The notes beneath the pieces were generated by a model. The model was given only the letters and a program-made list of their open reading frames with translations, did not search any database and was not told the origin of the DNA. Position numbers and translations under genes: made by a program. From Bacilli bacterium (GTDB lineage: Bacteria; Bacillota_I; Bacilli_A; RFN20; CAG-826), in NCBI GenBank assembly GCA_041669265.1, contig JBAYBM010000001.1, forward strand, positions 73,819 to 137,818: a DNA stretch of 64,000 nt. The letters run 5' to 3'. Positions 9,818 to 19,768 of this stretch are shown piece after piece; position 1 is the stretch's first letter; every line of letters starts with the position of its first letter.

Positions 9818-10651
9818 ATGATAAAAGTTATAGCAACTGATCTAGATGGAACATTGTTTTACCCAAAAGATAAAAAACAAATGATTTGTACTCCAAACCT
9901 ATTTTTAGTCCAGTCATTTATTGATAATGGGGGGAAAGTTTTGATTGCAAGTGGTCGTTCAATTGATTATGGTAAAAAAGTTATGCAAACAATTGGGAGA
10001 GATGTAGCAATTATTGCTTATAATGGCGGAGTAGTTTTTGCTGATAATAAGATACAAAATAGTAATTGTATTCCTAACAGTGAAGCTAAACTCATTATTA
10101 ATGATGCCTATGAAATGTTCAAGAATTTTGGTGTATTTTTAATGACAGAAAAGGGTACATCTGCACATCTACGCAATAAATCAAAAATTGTACGAAAAGC
10201 TTGCACTTTTTACTATCAACATATGGGAGTTTATACAGAAGATTACTTACCAGATGAGAAGGATTTCCAAGAAGAACTTGAAAATGGGAAGATTTTTAAA
10301 CTAATGATATTTTTTGGATTAGGTAGAAAGCAAAAAAGACATGCTATGGAAGCTAATAGAATTATTAGAAATTCTTATGAAAATTTGGAAGCTAGTTGGT
10401 CCGATAGTGTAGTAGAAATTTCTCCAAGAAATTGCACTAAAGCAAATGCTTTGATGCAATATTGTGAGTCCCATGGCTATAAAACTGATGAAGTAGCGGT
10501 TGTCGGTGATAGTGGAAATGATATTTCAATGTTTAAAAACTTTTATCAAAATAGTTTTTGTATGGGGCATGCTGCACCTGCAGTGCAAAAGTATGCGCAC
10601 TATACACTGGACAAATTTGAAGATTTATCTAGATATCTTTATAAAAAATAG
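9818..10651 (+). CDS. Cof-type HAD-IIB phosphatase
   Basis: 277 aa with motif I DLDGTL, motif II SGRS and motif IV GDSGNDISM. Confidence 0.85.
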   Translation: MIKVIATDLDGTLFYPKDKKQMICTPNLFLVQSFIDNGGKVLIASGRSIDYGKKVMQTIGRDVAIIAYNGGVVFADNKIQNSNCIPNSEAKLIINDAYEMFKNFGVFLMTEKGTSAHLRNKSKIVRKACTFYYQHMGVYTEDYLPDEKDFQEELENGKIFKLMIFFGLGRKQKRHAMEANRIIRNSYENLEASWSDSVVEISPRNCTKANALMQYCESHGYKTDEVAVVGDSGNDISMFKNFYQNSFCMGHAAPAVQKYAHYTLDKFEDLSRYLYKK

Positions 10652-10687
10652 TAGAATATACTATGTATAAGTTAGGAAGGATTTTAT

Positions 10688-11587
10688 ATGCAACAAATTA
10701 ACTGTGTTATCGTTTCTTTAATTAATTACAATTCTTTAATTAGAGATACATTAGAGTACACTTTGAAAAGAGATAGTTATAATGTTCAATATTATGACTA
10801 TAAAAAACAAGGAATTTATAATGGAATCAATTTAAATACCCCATTAAAGAATTTCTTAGAAAAGAATGGAGAAAAGGGAGAATCTTTATTAAAGAGACTT
10901 CATGAATTTGCTGATGAGTTTTATGGCGATAATGCTACTGCTATTAAAAAAGATTTAGCAACAAATACTATTCGTGTTGATCACGCTCAAAACATTTCAA
11001 TTCTTAAAGCTGTTGTTCCTCTACATGAAGAAATAACTGCTATTGTTAGAATTCACGAGAAATGGGCTGAAGAACATAAAGTTAGCGAAAAAATTGCTAC
11101 TGATTTAATTGCTGCTGATGAAAGATTTTATCGTGCAGTCGCATTAAGTTGTATCAATGAGGAATTAGTTAATCAATTCCAAGAATTTAATAAGGTTATG
11201 CAAGAGAGCAAAGGTGTTGCTGGTCCAGCTAGCAACTTTGTTCAACAAGAATTAAATACTGCTGTTGGTCTATATAATGTTGTTAAACAACAAGCTACAT
11301 GCAAAGATGAAGTTTATACAAATGCACTTGATGAAATTACAAAGATGGTTGAAATGATGTCTGGTAAACGTGACTTACCAAAAGGTAAGACATTTAGAGA
11401 TGTTTTCAATGATTCAAAACTTTATTTAGCAGCTTTTATTGAAGATGCTGAAAAATCATGGAGAACAACATTTGAACCTGCAATGAATGAATTAGTTGCT
11501 GAAGAAAAGAAATTAAAAGAAGCACAAGAAGCTGCTAAAAAGGAAGCTGGTTCTAAAGAAGAAGCTCCTAAAGCAGAAAATAAATAA
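10688..11587 (+). CDS. hypothetical protein (soluble, with a Lys/Glu/Ala-rich C-terminal tail)
   Basis: 299-aa ORF with SD AGGAAGG and clean coding periodicity. It has no TM segment, signal peptide or motif I recognise. Confidence 0.6.
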   Translation: MQQINCVIVSLINYNSLIRDTLEYTLKRDSYNVQYYDYKKQGIYNGINLNTPLKNFLEKNGEKGESLLKRLHEFADEFYGDNATAIKKDLATNTIRVDHAQNISILKAVVPLHEEITAIVRIHEKWAEEHKVSEKIATDLIAADERFYRAVALSCINEELVNQFQEFNKVMQESKGVAGPASNFVQQELNTAVGLYNVVKQQATCKDEVYTNALDEITKMVEMMSGKRDLPKGKTFRDVFNDSKLYLAAFIEDAEKSWRTTFEPAMNELVAEEKKLKEAQEAAKKEAGSKEEAPKAENK

Positions 11588-11596
11588 GGATTTTAA

Positions 11597-12004
11597 ATGA
11601 TTAAGCAAGAAAAGAAAGAATCTAAATTAGTTAAATTCTTTAAAACTTTTACAAAAAAACAAATTGCTGCTTTAATTATTGGAGCATTCCTTTTGTTTTG
11701 TGGATTAGTTTTAATGGTTATTTGGATTATTGCTTACACATTACCTGTTCAACCAACAGCAAATGTCTTATATCAATTTGATGTAACGATGAAAAAGAAT
11801 GTTGGTGGATTTGGTTTTCTTGAATGGGGCATTGTAGGATTAATTTTTGGTGCATTAATCTGTGCCGTTTCATTATCATTATCTAGTAAGAATGAAGATC
11901 GTGAAAAAGAAAGAGAATTAAGACGTCAACAAAGATTACAAGCAATGCTTGATGAAGATAAAGATTCTTCAAAAGTTGTTGGAGAAACAAAAGAAAATAA
12001 ATAG
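11597..12004 (+). CDS. hypothetical small membrane protein (2 predicted TM helices, charged C-terminal tail)
   Basis: 135 aa, starting 9 nt after the preceding ORF. Hydrophobic spans are IAALIIGAFLLFCGLVLMVIWIIAY and WGIVGLIFGALICAVSLSL. Confidence 0.6.
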   Translation: MIKQEKKESKLVKFFKTFTKKQIAALIIGAFLLFCGLVLMVIWIIAYTLPVQPTANVLYQFDVTMKKNVGGFGFLEWGIVGLIFGALICAVSLSLSSKNEDREKERELRRQQRLQAMLDEDKDSSKVVGETKENK

Positions 12005-12026
12005 GCATAGAAATATGCCTTTTTTA
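12003..12026 (+). terminator. intrinsic terminator
   Basis: Stem AGGCATA / TATGCCT, loop GAAA and a T5 run, overlapping the stop codon. Confidence 0.65.
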
Positions 12027-12037
12027 TTAGATTGTAT

Positions 12038-12067
12038 AAAAAAAGGTATCAAATACGATACCTTTTT
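12038..12067. terminator. bidirectional hairpin terminator downstream of tRNA-Ser (minus strand)
   Basis: An A7 run, stem GGTATC / GATACC and a T5 run. Confidence 0.6.
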
Positions 12068-12080
12068 AATATAATCAGTA

Positions 12081-12171
12081 TGGCGGAGAAACAGGGATTT
12101 GAACCCTGGCGCCCTGTTACAGGCCTACGAGCTTTCCAAGCCCGCCCCTTCAGCCACTTGGGTATTTCTCC
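12081..12171 (-). tRNA. tRNA-Ser (anticodon GGA), class II with long variable arm, CCA encoded
   Basis: The reverse complement reads GGAGAAA-TA-CCCAAGTGGCTGAAGGGG-CGGGC-TTGGAAA-GCTCG-(variable arm)-CAGGGTTCAAATCCCTG-TTTCTCC-G-CCA. Acceptor, anticodon and T stems all pair. It is a local GC-rich island. Confidence 0.9.
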
Positions 12172-12232
12172 ACTGACAACATTACGTCGCGAAAATTATT
12201 ATATCAATTACAAAAGGAAAAGTCATTAAATT

Positions 12233-13222
12233 ATGAAGGAAATTTTAATTACAAAAGAATATTCAAACCAAAGAGCCGATAAATTTGTACGAAAATACTT
12301 AAATGCCGCTCCATTATCTTTTATATACAAAGTTTTTAGGGAGAAGGATGTTAAGATTAATAATCATTGGATTAAACCTAATTATATTTTACAAAATCAA
12401 GATGTTTTAAAAATTTATGTTACAGATGCACAATTAGGTGATTTCAATAAACCAAAAGATATTACAAATTTACGTGTTGATTTAGATATAGTTTATGAAG
12501 ATGAGAATATTTTAGTTATTAATAAACCAAAAGGAATCCTTGTAATTGGTGATGAAACTGAAAATAGACTTACTTTAACAAATATTGTCCAATCTTATTT
12601 ATATAAAAAAGGTGAATTTAAAAATGATGGAATTAATTATGTTCCTTCGCCAGTTCATCGTTTAGATAGAAATACCTCAGGGATTGTAATTTTTGCTAAA
12701 AAACTTCCTATATCTCAACAATTAGTTCAAATGCTAAAAGATAGAACGGATTTAGATAAGTATTATTTAGCTCTTGTAATAGGCGAACCAACTCCTAAAA
12801 AGGGCGTCATATCTGCACCAATTTATAAAGATGAAGAAAAAGGGTTTTCAAAGGTCGCTTCTTTAAAAGATGGTGGTAAAGATGCTAAAACTGAATATGA
12901 AGTTTTATATACTACTCAAGGCATAAGCCTTGTTAAACTTCATTTATTAACTGGAAGAACACATCAAATTAGAATTCATATGTCGTATATTAATTGCCCA
13001 ATTGTTGGTGATGCAAAATATGGTAATTTTGATTTCAATAAAGAATTTGCCAAAAAGTATAAATACAAAGATCAATTTTTAATAGCTTATAAAGTCGTAT
13101 TTGGAAAATTGAGTGGCGATTTGAGGTACTTATCTAACAAAGAGTTTAAAATTAATTTGCCTGATAAAGAGATGCAAATATTGGATGCATTTAATTTTAA
13201 AGTTGATTTGAATAATATATAA
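12233..13222 (+). CDS. RluA-family 23S rRNA pseudouridine synthase (RluC/RluD-like, with S4 domain)
   Basis: 329 aa with the catalytic motif HRLDRNTSG and the motif GRTHQIR, plus an N-terminal S4-like RNA-binding region. Confidence 0.85.
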   Translation: MKEILITKEYSNQRADKFVRKYLNAAPLSFIYKVFREKDVKINNHWIKPNYILQNQDVLKIYVTDAQLGDFNKPKDITNLRVDLDIVYEDENILVINKPKGILVIGDETENRLTLTNIVQSYLYKKGEFKNDGINYVPSPVHRLDRNTSGIVIFAKKLPISQQLVQMLKDRTDLDKYYLALVIGEPTPKKGVISAPIYKDEEKGFSKVASLKDGGKDAKTEYEVLYTTQGISLVKLHLLTGRTHQIRIHMSYINCPIVGDAKYGNFDFNKEFAKKYKYKDQFLIAYKVVFGKLSGDLRYLSNKEFKINLPDKEMQILDAFNFKVDLNNI

Positions 13223-13243
13223 TATATAGGGAGAAATTTATAT

Positions 13244-14962
13244 ATGAGCAAAATTGTCGAAAAAAATTATTCTAGATGGTTAAATTCGTCAAAGGTTTCT
13301 AACGAGGACAAGGAAATCTTAAAAAAGATGACTCCTCAAGAGAAAGATGATGCTTTTTTCAAGGTTATTTCGTTTGGTACCGGTGGTATGAGAGGAATCT
13401 TAGGACCTGGCACAAATAGAATTAACGAACATATTATTCGTAGAGTAAGTGTTGGATATGGTTTGTTTCTTTTAAAGCGTTATAAAGATGCTAAAGAAAG
13501 AGGCGTAGCAATTTCTCATGATAATAGACATTTTTCTAGAGAATTTACTTTAGAAACTTCTAAAATTCTTAATGAAATGGGGATTAATACTTTTATTTTT
13601 GATAGTTTAAGACCTACTCCTGAATTATCTTATGCCGTTCGTTATAAACATTGTATTGGTGGAATTATGATTACAGCTTCACACAATCCAAAAGAACATA
13701 ATGGATATAAAGTTTATGATGAAACTGGTTGTCAGTTAGTTCCTGAAAAGATTGAGCCAATGCTAAGAATTATTAAAAAACTTCCTAATGAACTTGATGT
13801 AGAAGTACCTGTTACAGATGTTCAAGGTAAGCAAGTTATTTTAGAAAAAGATGTCGATGATACATATGTTAAACTTGTTGAGGGAATCCAAATTAATAAG
13901 GATTTAAATAAAGATAATTTTAAAATTGTTTATACTCCAAATCATGGAACAAGTTATGTTAATGCAATGAGAGTATTTAAAGAGTGCGGATATGATGTTT
14001 ATCCAGTAGAAAAACAATGTACACCTGACCCAGATTTTAGTGGCACTTTATCTCCAAATCCAGAGGATCCACGTAGTTTTATTGAACCAATTAAGCTTGC
14101 TCAAAAGGTAAATGCAGATTTAATTGTTATGACTGATCCAGATGGTGATAGATGTGGTCTTGCTTGTAAAGAAAAAGATGGAACATATACTATGTTAACT
14201 GGTAATGAATCAGCAGCAGTTTTGTTAGATTATATTCTTTCACAAAAGAAAGAAAAAGGTATCCTTGAAAAGAACGGTGTTATGTTTAATACTGTTGTTA
14301 CTTCTGAAATTGGAAAAGAAATTGCAACTAGTTATGGTGTAAAAACAGAGCAATTCCTAACTGGATTTAAATATATTGGTGATAGATTAGGTTATTATGA
14401 TACACACAAAGGGCCTGTTTATGAATTTGGATATGAAGAGAGTTATGGTTGTTTACCAGCTCCATTTGTAAGAGACAAAGATGGAATTCAAGCAATTTTG
14501 TTATATAGCGAATGTGCTTTATATTATCATTTACAAGGAATTACAATGTCTCAAGCTTATCATCTATTAGGTCTTAGATATGGTTTTCATAAAAACAAAC
14601 TTTATAATATTTATTTTAAAGGCAGTGAAGGTCAAAAGAAGATGGATGAGATTATGGAGCAACTTATGACTAAACCATTTACAGCAATTGGTGGAGTAAA
14701 AGTTAAGATTTATGAAAATTATTTTAAATTAGAAAGACATAATTTAAAAACAAAGAAAATAACTCCAATTGAAGGTCTTCCTATTGGAGATTTAGTTAAA
14801 TTCTATTTAGCAGATGGAACAAACATTTGTTTAAGACCAAGTGGAACTGAGCCAAAATTTAAAATTTATATTGAAAGTATTTGCGATGATGAAACAATTG
14901 CAAATTCAAAACCAGATGTTTTCTATAAAGAGATTTCTAAATTATTAGGAATTAATGATTAG
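13244..14962 (+). CDS. pgcA: alpha-phosphoglucomutase / phosphomannomutase family
   Basis: 572 aa with the phosphoserine loop TASHNPKEHNGYK, the Mg loop DPDGDR and the sugar loop GYEESYG. Confidence 0.88.
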   Translation: MSKIVEKNYSRWLNSSKVSNEDKEILKKMTPQEKDDAFFKVISFGTGGMRGILGPGTNRINEHIIRRVSVGYGLFLLKRYKDAKERGVAISHDNRHFSREFTLETSKILNEMGINTFIFDSLRPTPELSYAVRYKHCIGGIMITASHNPKEHNGYKVYDETGCQLVPEKIEPMLRIIKKLPNELDVEVPVTDVQGKQVILEKDVDDTYVKLVEGIQINKDLNKDNFKIVYTPNHGTSYVNAMRVFKECGYDVYPVEKQCTPDPDFSGTLSPNPEDPRSFIEPIKLAQKVNADLIVMTDPDGDRCGLACKEKDGTYTMLTGNESAAVLLDYILSQKKEKGILEKNGVMFNTVVTSEIGKEIATSYGVKTEQFLTGFKYIGDRLGYYDTHKGPVYEFGYEESYGCLPAPFVRDKDGIQAILLYSECALYYHLQGITMSQAYHLLGLRYGFHKNKLYNIYFKGSEGQKKMDEIMEQLMTKPFTAIGGVKVKIYENYFKLERHNLKTKKITPIEGLPIGDLVKFYLADGTNICLRPSGTEPKFKIYIESICDDETIANSKPDVFYKEISKLLGIND

Positions 14963-15759
14963 ACTTTAAAAATTGTTTTATTTCAAAGATAACACCATTG
15001 TGGTTGTTATCTTTTTTTGTTCTATAGGTTGCGTATTCAGCGTATATGTCGCTTCCATTTTTCATTAGAAATGAATTTTTAAAAGGTTTAAATAAATCTA
15101 TATCATTGCAAGAATCACCAAAAACTAATACATTTGCTGCATCAATTTTATAATATTTCCTTATTTTATCAACAGAAGAGCCTTTATTTATACCTTTATT
15201 TGTTAATTCACAATAATCGCCTTCACCCCATAAAGTTAATTGCATATCGTTAAAAGTGTGAGAAACATAATTTTCCATAAACTTTAAATTTTTCTCGCTT
15301 TTATCATCTAACCTCATTACAAAAGTATAAGTATCCTCATCAATTAATTTTGATAAATCACCTTTAACATAATCGACAGATTTCATGTTATAAAAGCAAA
15401 ACAAAAAATAGTCATCTTCATCGACATAAAATTTATCTAGGTTTTCAGCCATTACACTATGAACATGTGTTTTAATTAAATCTTTATAAGCTTTTTTTAA
15501 TTCATCTTTTTTGAGTTTATAGGAAATTATTGGAAATTCTTTATCATATGGATTAAAAGCATAAGCGCCATTATGTGAAATCATTGGTGAATGAAGATTC
15601 AAATAATTATAGTAGTGGAGCATAGTTCTTGGAGCACGTCCACTTGTAAGAACAATAATGTTGCCTTCTTTTTCTAGTTTTTGTAGATATTTTTTTATTA
15701 TCTTTTAAAAGCGTTCCGTCTAAATCGATTGCTATTAATAGTGGGTTCTTATTAAGCAT
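14952..15759 (-). pseudogene. Cof-type HAD phosphatase interrupted by a frameshift in an A7 (T7 on the plus strand) tract
   Basis: ATG 15759 encodes MLNKNPLLIAIDLDGTLLKDNKK, then stops after about 50 codons. The 223-aa ORF 14952-15623 (motif II TSGRAP, motif IV GDSCNDIDLF) is in the +1 frame. Removing one A from the run at 15690-15696 gives an intact 268-aa protein. Confidence 0.75.
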
Positions 15760-16744
15760 GGATATACAAACCTACAGTTTCTTTTACTCTTAATAAAGTT
15801 TGATTAGCAACTTTTCTTGCTTTTTCTGCTCCATTTTTTAATATTTCATCGATTTCGCCACTCTCTAAAATCTCTTTATATCTATTTTGAAAAGGTTCTA
15901 AAACACTAATTACTTCGTCAGCAACAGCTTTTTTAAAATCTCCATATCTATGGCAATCTTTAAATTCATTCTCAGCATCTTTAACTCCAATTCCTTTTAA
16001 AGAAGCATAAATGGTTAATAAGTTTGAAATTCCAGGTTTGTTTTCTGGATCATATTTTATATCACTACCTAAATCAGTAACAGCAGACATAATTTTTTTA
16101 CGCACAACCTTTAAATCATCTTTTAAGAAAATGTCTCCTTTTGGATCACTTTTACTCATTTTATGTGTTGGATCACTTAAAGACATAATTCTAGCTCCAA
16201 CTGTTGGAACAATTGCTTTTGGCATTTTAAAAACTTCTTTATTATAACGTGCATTAAATCTATGAACGAGAGTGCGGCAAAGTTCAACGTGTTGAACTTG
16301 ATCTTCTCCAACTGGAACAACATCTGCATCATAAAGAAGAATGTCTCCAGCCATTAGTACTGGATAAGCAAATAAACCTAATCCGATGGCGTTTTGATTG
16401 AGTTTTTGAGATTTTTCTTTATATTGAGTCATTCTACTTAGTTCACCCATATATAAATAATTTTGAATTATTGTATTTAGTTCAGAATGAGCACTAACAT
16501 CACTTTGTAAGAAAATAGTGGTTTTCTCAGGATCAAGACCAGCAGCGACATAAAATGCGACAATATCTTTTGTGTTATCATGAAGAAATTTTGGATCAAT
16601 TGGAAGAGTTAACGCATGTAAATCTGCTACAAACATAAAATTCTCATATTGATCTTGGTAATCCTTAAAATGCATTAAAGCTCCTATGTAATTTCCTAAA
16701 GTTAAATTTCCTGTTGGTTTAATGCCACTGAGTGCTCTTTTCAT
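15752..16744 (-). CDS. trpS: tryptophan--tRNA ligase
   Basis: 330 aa with a class I HIGH-type motif (TLGNYIGAL) and the motif KMSKS. Confidence 0.92.
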   Translation of the reverse strand: MKRALSGIKPTGNLTLGNYIGALMHFKDYQDQYENFMFVADLHALTLPIDPKFLHDNTKDIVAFYVAAGLDPEKTTIFLQSDVSAHSELNTIIQNYLYMGELSRMTQYKEKSQKLNQNAIGLGLFAYPVLMAGDILLYDADVVPVGEDQVQHVELCRTLVHRFNARYNKEVFKMPKAIVPTVGARIMSLSDPTHKMSKSDPKGDIFLKDDLKVVRKKIMSAVTDLGSDIKYDPENKPGISNLLTIYASLKGIGVKDAENEFKDCHRYGDFKKAVADEVISVLEPFQNRYKEILESGEIDEILKNGAEKARKVANQTLLRVKETVGLYIHA

Positions 16745-16874
16745 ATCTTTACCTCTTTTACCTATTAGATTATATATTTTGAAAGAACTTAAATCAATTT
16801 ATACTATTTAAATAGTATACATTAAACTCGTTAATAGTTTAATTTGGTTAAATATTATGGTAATATATTTAACT

Positions 16875-18206
16875 ATGAAAATTAATTTATACAACTCTTT
16901 AACAAACAAAGTAGAAGAATTTAAAACTATCAAACCAGGAGAAGTATCCATGTATGTTTGTGGACCTACTGTTTATAGTGATCCTCATATTGGAAATATG
17001 CGACCAGTAGTTCTTTTTGATACATTAAATAGATTTTTTACTTATGTTGGATATAAAGTTAAATTTGTAAGTAATTTTACAAATGTTGACGATAAAATAA
17101 TTAATAAAGCTATTAAAGAAAATGTAAGTGAAGAAGTTATTTCTGAACGTTATACAAAAGATTATATGGATTGTTTAGATGCATTAAATATTTTACCTGC
17201 CTATAAGCGCCCTAAAGTTACTGAATATATGGACGATATTATTAAATATATTGCAAATTTAGTTAACATTAATGCTGCTTATGTTGTTGATGGTGATGTA
17301 TTTTTTGATGTAATGAAAGTGAAAGATTATGGTTGTTTAAGCAAAATAAAAATTGATGATTTAATTAGTGGTGCACGTGTTGAATTGAATGATAAAAAAC
17401 ACAATCCACTTGATTTCGCTTTGTGGAAAAAAACCGAAAATGGTATCAAATGGCACACGGATTGGTGTGAAGGACGTCCTGGATGGCATACTGAATGTTG
17501 CGTTATGATTGATTCAATATTTGGTGGGGTCATTGATATTCATGGTGGTGGACTTGATTTAAAATTCCCACATCATGAAAATGAAATTGCTCAAGCAATG
17601 GCAACTCATAATAATAAAATTGCCCATTATTGGATTCATAATGGAATGATGAATATTAATAGTGAGAAGATGTCAAAATCTCTTGGAAATGTGATTAAGG
17701 CAAAAGATGGTATTAATTTATATGGTGCTGACACTATTCGTTTATTATTACTTAATTGCCAATATAGAAATACACTTAATTTTACAGATGATGCTGTTCG
17801 CGACACGAATGCTATTTTAGATAAACTTAATAATTGTTATAAACAATTAAATTTAAAACTAGCCCTTGAGGGAGTTAAACTTGAAGGAAAAAGCGATTTA
17901 ATTAATCCATTTCTTGAATCTATGAGTGATGATATTAATTTACCTAACGCAATTACAAATTTATTAGATATGATTAAACTTGCAAATTCAGAACTTCGTA
18001 ATAAGGATTGTTCATTAGATAAGTTAAAAGAATATTTTTATGCTTTATCAGGGATGATTTATGTACTTGGACTTCATATTAATGTTAGAATATATACATC
18101 AGATGAAATTTCTTTATATAAAGAATATTTAGATTCTAAAAAGAGCAAAGATTTTGTTAAGAGCGACGAATTAAGAAAAGTTCTTATTGAAAAGGAAGTT
18201 CTTTAA
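16875..18206 (+). CDS. cysS: cysteine--tRNA ligase
   Basis: Motifs HIGN and KMSKSLGN, plus the zinc/Cys-binding region WHTECC. The start is set at ATG 16875 (MKINLYNSLT..., the typical CysS N-terminus) rather than 16857. Confidence 0.9.
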   Translation: MKINLYNSLTNKVEEFKTIKPGEVSMYVCGPTVYSDPHIGNMRPVVLFDTLNRFFTYVGYKVKFVSNFTNVDDKIINKAIKENVSEEVISERYTKDYMDCLDALNILPAYKRPKVTEYMDDIIKYIANLVNINAAYVVDGDVFFDVMKVKDYGCLSKIKIDDLISGARVELNDKKHNPLDFALWKKTENGIKWHTDWCEGRPGWHTECCVMIDSIFGGVIDIHGGGLDLKFPHHENEIAQAMATHNNKIAHYWIHNGMMNINSEKMSKSLGNVIKAKDGINLYGADTIRLLLLNCQYRNTLNFTDDAVRDTNAILDKLNNCYKQLNLKLALEGVKLEGKSDLINPFLESMSDDINLPNAITNLLDMIKLANSELRNKDCSLDKLKEYFYALSGMIYVLGLHINVRIYTSDEISLYKEYLDSKKSKDFVKSDELRKVLIEKEVL

Positions 18207-18220
18207 AGTAAGGAGGAGTT

Positions 18221-18964
18221 ATGATTCTTACCTATAGTTGGGATGTAAAAACTATCGATTCACAAATTATCGATTATTTTAATAGCTTATTTAATGGCAA
18301 TGGTTGGGGCAATTTTATGTTAATTGCTTTGTGTTTAATTTGTTCTGTTATTTTTGGCGGAATTTTAGGTTATCAAAGAGAATCACATGGTCACGCCGCA
18401 GGTTTTAGAACACAAATATTAATTAGTTTAGGCAGCTGTGTAATTATGATTTTATCTATATATGGAGCAGGCAGTTTAGAGAATGTACGTGATCCAATGA
18501 GATTGGCTGCTGCTGGTGTAACTGGTATAGGTTTCCTAGGTGCTGGTGCTATTGTACAAAATGGAATCAATGTAAAGGGATTAACTACTGCTGCAACAAT
18601 TTGGATTTGTATGGCTATTGGCATGGCTTGTGGAGCAGGATATATAATTTTATCCTTCTTAGTTACCATTATGTCTTTAATTTGTTTAAGTGTTTTTTCA
18701 AAAATTGAAGAACTTGCAAAAAAACACAACGCAAATATTTTATTAGTTGTTGATAGCGAAAATAATACTGTTCCTATTCTGTTAAGTTTGATTGAAAAAT
18801 ATGAATTAGTAATGAGAGACTTAAATACAACTTTAAGTCATTTTGGAGACAAAAAAGTTTTAAGAATTACTTTTAAAGTCTCAAATAAAACTAAAAAACA
18901 GATTAATGATTTTGTTGAAGATTTGAAAAATAAAACGGATCCAATAGAGATACACGTTTTATAA
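18221..18964 (+). CDS. mgtC: MgtC/SapB family membrane protein
   Basis: 247 aa with the MgtC signature GYQRESHGHAAGFRTQILISLGS, 4-5 TM helices and a soluble C-terminal domain. The SD is AAGGAGG. Confidence 0.8.
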   Translation: MILTYSWDVKTIDSQIIDYFNSLFNGNGWGNFMLIALCLICSVIFGGILGYQRESHGHAAGFRTQILISLGSCVIMILSIYGAGSLENVRDPMRLAAAGVTGIGFLGAGAIVQNGINVKGLTTAATIWICMAIGMACGAGYIILSFLVTIMSLICLSVFSKIEELAKKHNANILLVVDSENNTVPILLSLIEKYELVMRDLNTTLSHFGDKKVLRITFKVSNKTKKQINDFVEDLKNKTDPIEIHVL

Positions 18965-19033
18965 AATTGTGTATTTATCATTCGAAATTTTTAAGAAAAA
19001 ATTTGTTTGCAAATATATCTTGAAAGGAATTTT

Positions 19034-19741
19034 ATGTTTAGTATAATTGGAAGAAACGCAGCAATAGAAAGCCTAAACGCTAATAGAGTAAATTGTCTTT
19101 ATCTAGTTATTGGATTCAAAGACGAAAGAATCTTAAATTTGGCAAAAGTTAAAAATATTAAAATTAATTATGTTGAAAAAAGCGTATTAGATTCTATGGC
19201 ACATAAGGGCGTTCACCAGGGGGTTGTCGCTGATGTTAAGCCTTTCAAGACTTATTCTTTAACTGACCTTATTTACTCTAGATCTAATGATAAGAAAAGT
19301 GTAATTGTAATGCTTGATGAGCTAAATGATCCGCATAATCTCGGGGCAATATTACGTAGTTGTGATATCTTTGATGTTACTGGAATTGTTTACAAAAAAA
19401 GAGGTCAGGTTTCACTTAATGATACTGTTGCAAAAACAAGTGCTGGCGCCATTAATTATGTGAAATGTTGCGAAGTAACTAATCTTTCTCAATCTATTGA
19501 AACACTTAAAAAAGCTGGATATTGGGTTGTTGGGCTAGCTGGTGAAGCTACTCAAGATCTAAAATCTATGCCAAATGATGTGCCTTTAGTGGTTGTTATT
19601 GGTAGTGAAGGGAATGGTATATCAAGATTAGTTAGAGAGCACTGTGATTTCTTAGTAAAAATTCCAATGTTTGGACATGTTAACTGCTTAAATGCTTCAG
19701 TTGCTTGTTCTATAGTTTTGTATCAAATACGTAATAAATAA
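19034..19741 (+). CDS. rlmB: 23S rRNA (guanosine-2'-O)-methyltransferase RlmB (SpoU/TrmH family)
   Basis: SpoU motifs DPHNLGAILRS, VIGSEGNGIS and NASVA. It occupies the yacO-like position between cysS and sigH. The start is set at ATG 19034. Confidence 0.85.
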   Translation: MFSIIGRNAAIESLNANRVNCLYLVIGFKDERILNLAKVKNIKINYVEKSVLDSMAHKGVHQGVVADVKPFKTYSLTDLIYSRSNDKKSVIVMLDELNDPHNLGAILRSCDIFDVTGIVYKKRGQVSLNDTVAKTSAGAINYVKCCEVTNLSQSIETLKKAGYWVVGLAGEATQDLKSMPNDVPLVVVIGSEGNGISRLVREHCDFLVKIPMFGHVNCLNASVACSIVLYQIRNK

Positions 19742-19768
19742 AAATAATTAGAAAGAGGGAGAATCCAT

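Noticed and set aside
12032-12229. 65-aa plus-strand ORF from the track
   Set aside because: It is antisense to, and entirely explained by, the GC-rich tRNA-Ser(GGA) gene at 12081-12171 and its flanking terminators. It has no SD.
16745-16874. Possible T-box leaders for the divergent trpS and cysS genes
   Set aside because: The shared intergenic region is only about 130 nt. It is extremely AT-rich and lacks a T-box sequence (no GGTGG/ACCGCG-like element), a specifier-loop architecture or a terminator.
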